The notes under the pieces are model-generated. The model saw only the letters and a list, made by a program, of their open reading frames with translations, did not search any database and was not told the DNA's origin. From NCBI GenBank assembly GCA_022560555.1, contig JADFSZ010000046.1, forward strand, positions 1 through 10,677: a stretch of DNA of 10,677 nt, written 5' to 3'. The DNA comes from PVC group bacterium (GTDB lineage Bacteria > GCA-001730085 > JADFSZ01). The stretch's first letter is position 1. Each line of letters starts with the position of its first letter. The position numbers and the translations under genes were made by a program. Shown here one piece after another: positions 7,364-10,677 of this stretch.

Positions 7364-9205
7364 ATGTGCGGAATAGTAGGATATGTTGGGCCACGAAAAG
7401 CTTCTGACGTTCTTATCAAAGGCTTGAAGGATCTCGAATACCGGGGCTATGATTCGGCGGGCATCGCTGTGGTTGACAATAACCGGATCAAGGTCTCGCG
7501 CTGTAAGGGGAAAGTGGCCGGGCTCGAGCGAATTGTTCGAAAGGAAAAATATGATGGCGGCATAGGGATCGGACATACTCGCTGGGCCACACATGGGGCC
7601 CCTTCAGAAGAAAATGCCCATCCGCATATGGACAACAAGCATGAATTCGTTGTTGTTCATAACGGTATAATTGAGAACTATGTTGAGCTTAAGCGCAAAT
7701 TGATACGTGAAGGGCACCGGTTTCGCTCTGACACGGATACGGAAGTTTTGGTTCATTTGATCGCCAAGTATGCCCGACATGGATTTGAAGGTGCCGTTTT
7801 TCGCGCGATTCAAAATATCGAAGGGTCTTACGCATTCGGAGTTATTTCGAAAATTTATCCCAAAATGATGTTTCTCGCGAGAAAAGACAGCCCTCTGGCC
7901 ATCGGATGCGGTGTGAACGAAATGTTTATGGCGTCTGATGCTCTTCCCCTTGTTTCTTACACAAAAAAAATTGTTTATTTAGACGATGGTGAAGTTGCCA
8001 AAGTCGAACAAAATCGACTTCAAGTCAAGAATCTTAAGAAGCGTATCATTCGTAAAAAAATCCGCACGACGAATATATCAGCTCAGGATATTAAAAAAAG
8101 CGGGTATAAACATTTTATGCTGAAGGAAATTTATGAACAGCCGCAGGCCATTGAAGAAACTATTAAAGGGCGTGTTTTCGCGACAAAAGGAGAAATCGTT
8201 CTCGATGAACTGAATCTTCCTAAAAACTTTATAAAAAATATCGACCGTATCATTATTGTGGCCTGCGGAACGAGCTGGCATGCCGGATTGGTCGGCCGAA
8301 ACATGATTGAACGCGTGATCAAAATCCCTGTGGCCGTGGAGTATGCGGCGGAATTTCGTTACAAGGACCCCCTTATCTTATCAAAAAAGACCCTGGTGAT
8401 TGCCATCAGTCAATCCGGAGAAACTGCCGATACCAACGGAGCTGTTAAAGAAGCCCGAAAAAAGGGAGCCAAGGTTGTCTCTATTGTGAACGTTCTTGGC
8501 AGCACCATTGCCCGCGGGTCTGACGGGGTTATTTATACGCGGGCCGGTCCGGAAATTGGGGTGGCATCCACAAAAGCTTTTACATCGCAGTTAGTTGTCT
8601 TGTACATGCTGGCTCTTTATCTCGGAAAAATACGTAACAGCATTCCCTCCAAAGAAATTAAACGGCGTATTAATGATTTGATCCATGTTTCCGCAAAACT
8701 TCAGAATTTGCTCAAAGGATTTACGCGTAGCCAAATTATTAAAAAAATTGCCCTCAAATACTCAAAAAACAAAAACTTTCTTTATTTGGGAAGAGGAACG
8801 GGATTTCCGATCGCTCTTGAAGGAGCCCTGAAACTTAAAGAAATTTCTTATATTCATGCTGAAGGATATCCTGCCGCCGAAATGAAACACGGTCCGATTG
8901 CTCTGATTGATGCCAATATGCCGATTGTTGTTCTCGCGCTCAAGGGACGGCGATTTAAAAAAATTATGTCTAACATTGAAGAAGTTGCGTCCCGCGGCGG
9001 AAAAATCATAGCCATCGCTTCTGTAGGAGATAATAGCATCAAAAAGTATGTGAATGATGTGATATATATTCCCGATGATAGCGGCATCATGACGTCTATC
9101 TTAGCCGTTGTCCCATTACAGTTATTAGCGTATCATATAGCTGTTGCAAGACGTTGCAATGTGGATCAACCAAGAAATTTGGCCAAAAGCGTGACAGTAG
9201 AGTGA
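7364..9205 (+). CDS. glmS: Glutamine--fructose-6-phosphate aminotransferase (isomerizing)
   Basis: 613-aa ORF with RBS AAGGA at 7354-7358. It begins with the N-terminal nucleophile MCGIVGY, followed by LEYRGYDSAG and GIGHTRWATHG. Two SIS domains are present (ACGTSWHAG, SQSGETADT, then GRG...ALEGALKLKEISYIHAEGY.A.EMKHGP.ALID) and the canonical C-terminus is NLAKSVTVE. A tandem stop TGATGA lies at 9203-9208. Confidence 0.96.
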   Translation: MCGIVGYVGPRKASDVLIKGLKDLEYRGYDSAGIAVVDNNRIKVSRCKGKVAGLERIVRKEKYDGGIGIGHTRWATHGAPSEENAHPHMDNKHEFVVVHNGIIENYVELKRKLIREGHRFRSDTDTEVLVHLIAKYARHGFEGAVFRAIQNIEGSYAFGVISKIYPKMMFLARKDSPLAIGCGVNEMFMASDALPLVSYTKKIVYLDDGEVAKVEQNRLQVKNLKKRIIRKKIRTTNISAQDIKKSGYKHFMLKEIYEQPQAIEETIKGRVFATKGEIVLDELNLPKNFIKNIDRIIIVACGTSWHAGLVGRNMIERVIKIPVAVEYAAEFRYKDPLILSKKTLVIAISQSGETADTNGAVKEARKKGAKVVSIVNVLGSTIARGSDGVIYTRAGPEIGVASTKAFTSQLVVLYMLALYLGKIRNSIPSKEIKRRINDLIHVSAKLQNLLKGFTRSQIIKKIALKYSKNKNFLYLGRGTGFPIALEGALKLKEISYIHAEGYPAAEMKHGPIALIDANMPIVVLALKGRRFKKIMSNIEEVASRGGKIIAIASVGDNSIKKYVNDVIYIPDDSGIMTSILAVVPLQLLAYHIAVARRCNVDQPRNLAKSVTVE

Positions 9206-9209
9206 TGAT

Positions 9210-9241
9210 AGTTCGGAGTTGGGTGTTCGGAGTTCGGAGTC
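9210..9241 (+). repeat. Tandem heptamer array A: AGTTCGG AGTTGGG TGTTCGG AGTTCGG AGTC
   Basis: Read directly. It has 4.5 units with 2 substitutions and starts 5 nt after the glmS stop, in the glmS / gspG-like intergenic region. Confidence 0.75.
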
Positions 9242-9254
9242 AAAAAAACAAACC

Positions 9255-9282
9255 AGAAACTAGAGACTGAAAACTGAAAACT
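9255..9282 (+). repeat. Tandem heptamer array B: AGAAACT AGAGACT GAAAACT GAAAACT
   Basis: Read directly. It has four 7-nt units (the last two are identical) and ends 12 nt before the AAGGGGA RBS (9294-9300) of the gspG-like gene. Confidence 0.7.
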
Positions 9283-9307
9283 TGATATAGAACAAGGGGA
9301 TAAATTT

Positions 9308-9859
9308 ATGAACAAAAAAACAAAAAATTCCATTTACCATTTACCATTTACAAATCACGGATTTACAATGATCGAGATTTTAACAGTCGCGGCCATTATT
9401 GTATTGCTCGCGGCGATTTTACTTCCCGCTGTGGGCAAGGCTAGAGAGCGCGCGTATATTGCTAAAGGCAAAGCGGCGATTGCCGCGCTTGAAACAGCTA
9501 TATCCATGTATGAGTCAGATTTCGGATATTATCCGGGTGTGGATAAAGATACAGTCGGTGCCGGTACTGATACAGGAATGGGGAACATGATGGTCAACAT
9601 TTTGAGCAGTTATACTCTTTATCATGATGATTACCCAAAATGGCAGGGGCCCTATATGGAATTTAAGAGCACGGATATCAGCGGGACCTTCGGGGGGGGC
9701 AATCAATCCCTGTTGGATCCTTGGGGGGTTGAGTATCATTATCAAATCAATGGCCCCGATTATTCTCCGCGTGTACGGATTTGGTCTAATGGGCCTGATG
9801 GATCAAGCACAAGCTTGGATCAATCAACCCCACAGGATGATGATATCGGGAATTGGTGA
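9308..9859 (+). CDS. Type II secretion major pseudopilin GspG-like protein (prepilin-type N-terminal cleavage/methylation domain)
   Basis: 183-aa ORF with RBS AAGGGGA 7 nt upstream. The class III signal is ...TNHG|FTMIEILTVAAIIVLLAAILLPAV, with Glu at +5. The remaining GspG landmarks appear in order: KARERAYIAKGKAAIAALETAISMYESDFGYYP, WQGPYM, DPWGVEYHY, SNGPDG, and a C-terminal DDDIGNW. Confidence 0.85.
   Translation: MNKKTKNSIYHLPFTNHGFTMIEILTVAAIIVLLAAILLPAVGKARERAYIAKGKAAIAALETAISMYESDFGYYPGVDKDTVGAGTDTGMGNMMVNILSSYTLYHDDYPKWQGPYMEFKSTDISGTFGGGNQSLLDPWGVEYHYQINGPDYSPRVRIWSNGPDGSSTSLDQSTPQDDDIGNW
9331..9351 (+). repeat. Tandem heptamer array C: CATTTAC x3 (perfect), inside the gspG-like leader-peptide codons
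   Basis: Read directly. It encodes ..IYHLPFT.. of the leader. A further partial unit ATTTAC lies at 9361-9366 across the G|FT cleavage-site codons. The reverse complement is (AAATGGT)n, which is the same family as array D. Confidence 0.8.
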
Positions 9860-10362
9860 TGAAAAATGGGAAATGGGTAATGGGAAATGGTAAAAAAAGG
9901 AACGGGTATACACTGGTTGAGTTGATCACCGTGGTTGTGATTATCGGCCTTTTGACCCTGGCCTCGCTCCCGGCTTTCAATAATATGCGAAAAGGCGCTC
10001 GTCTGAAAGCCAGCGCCCGAAGAGTTACTTCGGCCCTTCGATACGCTAGACGGCTAGCCATCACGATGAATTCCATTTATTCTGTGGCTTTTAATCAAAC
10101 AAACAATACGTTTGGTGTGATTAACGGGTTTTCGGGATCCGATACGATCGAAAAAAGGTTTTCTTTGGATGAAACCATCTCGTTTGATAGTGACGGATAT
10201 CCTATAAAAAATTTCCCCAATGATATTGTTCAATTCAAACCGAACGGTAGTGCTAACAGAAAGGGGACTATATGGATCAAGAGTACCGATGGCTCCTACT
10301 TTCATATTACGGTTGTTAATACGTCCGGTCGTACGAGGATTTACCCCGGTGCGACGCATTAA
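9859..10362 (+). CDS. Minor pseudopilin, GspH/FimT-like (prepilin-type N-terminal cleavage/methylation domain)
   Basis: The class III signal is KKRNG|YTLVELITVVVIIGLLTLASLP. It is followed by ARLKASARRVTSALRYARRLAITMNSIYSVAF, which fits the A..L...L..AR..A(I) helix-then-strand pattern of GspH/FimT, and by a C-terminal ITVVNTSGRTRIY. In-frame start options are TTG 9853 (ORF track), GTG 9856, ATG 9859 (overlaps the gspG-like TGA as TGATG) and ATG 9880 (gives a short leader MGNGKKRNG). Confidence 0.6.
   Translation: MKNGKWVMGNGKKRNGYTLVELITVVVIIGLLTLASLPAFNNMRKGARLKASARRVTSALRYARRLAITMNSIYSVAFNQTNNTFGVINGFSGSDTIEKRFSLDETISFDSDGYPIKNFPNDIVQFKPNGSANRKGTIWIKSTDGSYFHITVVNTSGRTRIYPGATH
9864..9891 (+). 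repeat. Tandem heptamer array D: AAATGGG AAATGGG TAATGGG AAATGGT, at the 5' end of the gspH-like ORF
   Basis: Read directly. It has four units and begins 5 nt after the gspG-like stop codon. It encodes ..NGKWVMGNG.. if the long ORF is used. Each unit contains an ATG (9866, 9873, 9880, 9887). Confidence 0.8.
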
Positions 10363-10442
10363 AGGCTGTTATTGGTAAATGGGGCAAATAATGAGGGGAC
10401 TAAAATACAATTAAACTCAACCCAAAATTCTTAAAACACAAT

Positions 10443-10677
10443 ATGATGAATCAAAAAATATCTATGAATTGCGAATCACGAAGATCGAATAACGGTTTCA
10501 CTCTGATCGAACTGATAACCGTAATAGCGATTATAGCTATTGTGGCCGGCTTGCTTTTGTCCGGCATCAGTAAGGGACGTGCTTTCGGTGTCAAAGCCAG
10601 CTGTGTCATGCAGCTCTCCAAAATCGAGCTTATGCTTCGCATGTATGCCGCGGATTGGCGGGATACGTATCCGTTTA
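10443..10677 (+). CDS. Prepilin-type N-terminal cleavage/methylation domain protein, 5' fragment (runs off the window end)
   Basis: This ORF is not in the ORF track because it has no stop in-window. My translation from ATG 10443 is MMNQKISMNCESRRSNNG|FTLIELITVIAIIAIVAGLLLSGISKGRAFGVKASCVMQLSKIELMLRMYAADWRDTYPF... It carries a canonical G|FTLIEL signal plus a hydrophobic helix. An alternative start is ATG 10464 (MNCESRRSNNG). No clear SD is present. The minus-strand ORF 10451-10642 is its antisense shadow. Confidence 0.75.
   Translation, partial: MMNQKISMNCESRRSNNGFTLIELITVIAIIAIVAGLLLSGISKGRAFGVKASCVMQLSKIELMLRMYAADWRDTYPF

Noticed and set aside
1217-9090. Seventeen minus-strand ORFs of 62-147 aa in the ORF track (for example 6458-6901 at 147 aa, 5150-5551 at 133 aa, 4766-5065 at 99 aa)
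   Set aside because: Each lies wholly or almost wholly antisense to a + strand gene with unambiguous family motifs. Their translations are low-complexity or Ser/Arg/Ile-rich with no recognisable motifs or RBS. They are typical shadow ORFs.
9210-9282. Short repeat arrays as a CRISPR array or an intrinsic terminator after glmS
   Set aside because: The units are 7 nt and directly abut with no spacers, so this is not a CRISPR array. No GC-rich hairpin followed by a T-tract is present in 9206-9307, and arrays A and B pair poorly with each other (about 4 of 7 positions per unit).
9399-10642. Alternative-frame and antisense ORFs over the pseudopilin genes (9399-9590 +, 9624-9893 +, 9515-9745 -, 9786-10076 -, 10054-10359 -, 10451-10642 -)
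   Set aside because: The frames I annotated carry canonical prepilin signals and GspG/GspH landmarks, while these ORFs have none. 10451-10642 is simply the antisense of the third, window-truncated prepilin gene.

Overview
The window holds ten co-directional (+ strand) genes, and most of it is ordinary housekeeping sequence. In order: the 3' end of uvrA (1-120); a 284-nt AT-rich intergenic/promoter region; an aromatic amino acid / translation block aroF(DAHP synthase)-tyrA-aroA-cmk-rpsA (405-5956) with overlapping or near-abutting junctions; a phosphohexomutase (GlmM candidate) followed by glmS (5976-9205); and from 9206 onward a pseudopilin cluster. That cluster has a GspG-like gene, a GspH/FimT-like gene and a third prepilin-type gene cut off by the window end. 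I found no rRNA, tRNA, CRISPR array, transposase/integrase or convincing intrinsic terminator. I do not see a clearly new multi-gene system. The part that known feature types do not explain is a set of short tandem repeat arrays. Four are degenerate heptamer arrays around and inside the 5' ends of the pseudopilin genes, and two of these are inverted copies of one heptamer family flanking the mature GspG coding region. A fifth is an octamer array in the predicted 5' leader of the aro operon. Protein assignments rest on motifs read from the translations and on remembered family signatures; no database search was run. By eye the composition is AT-leaning. The many prepilin-like genes suggest a PVC-type or candidate-phylum organism, but this is a weak inference.
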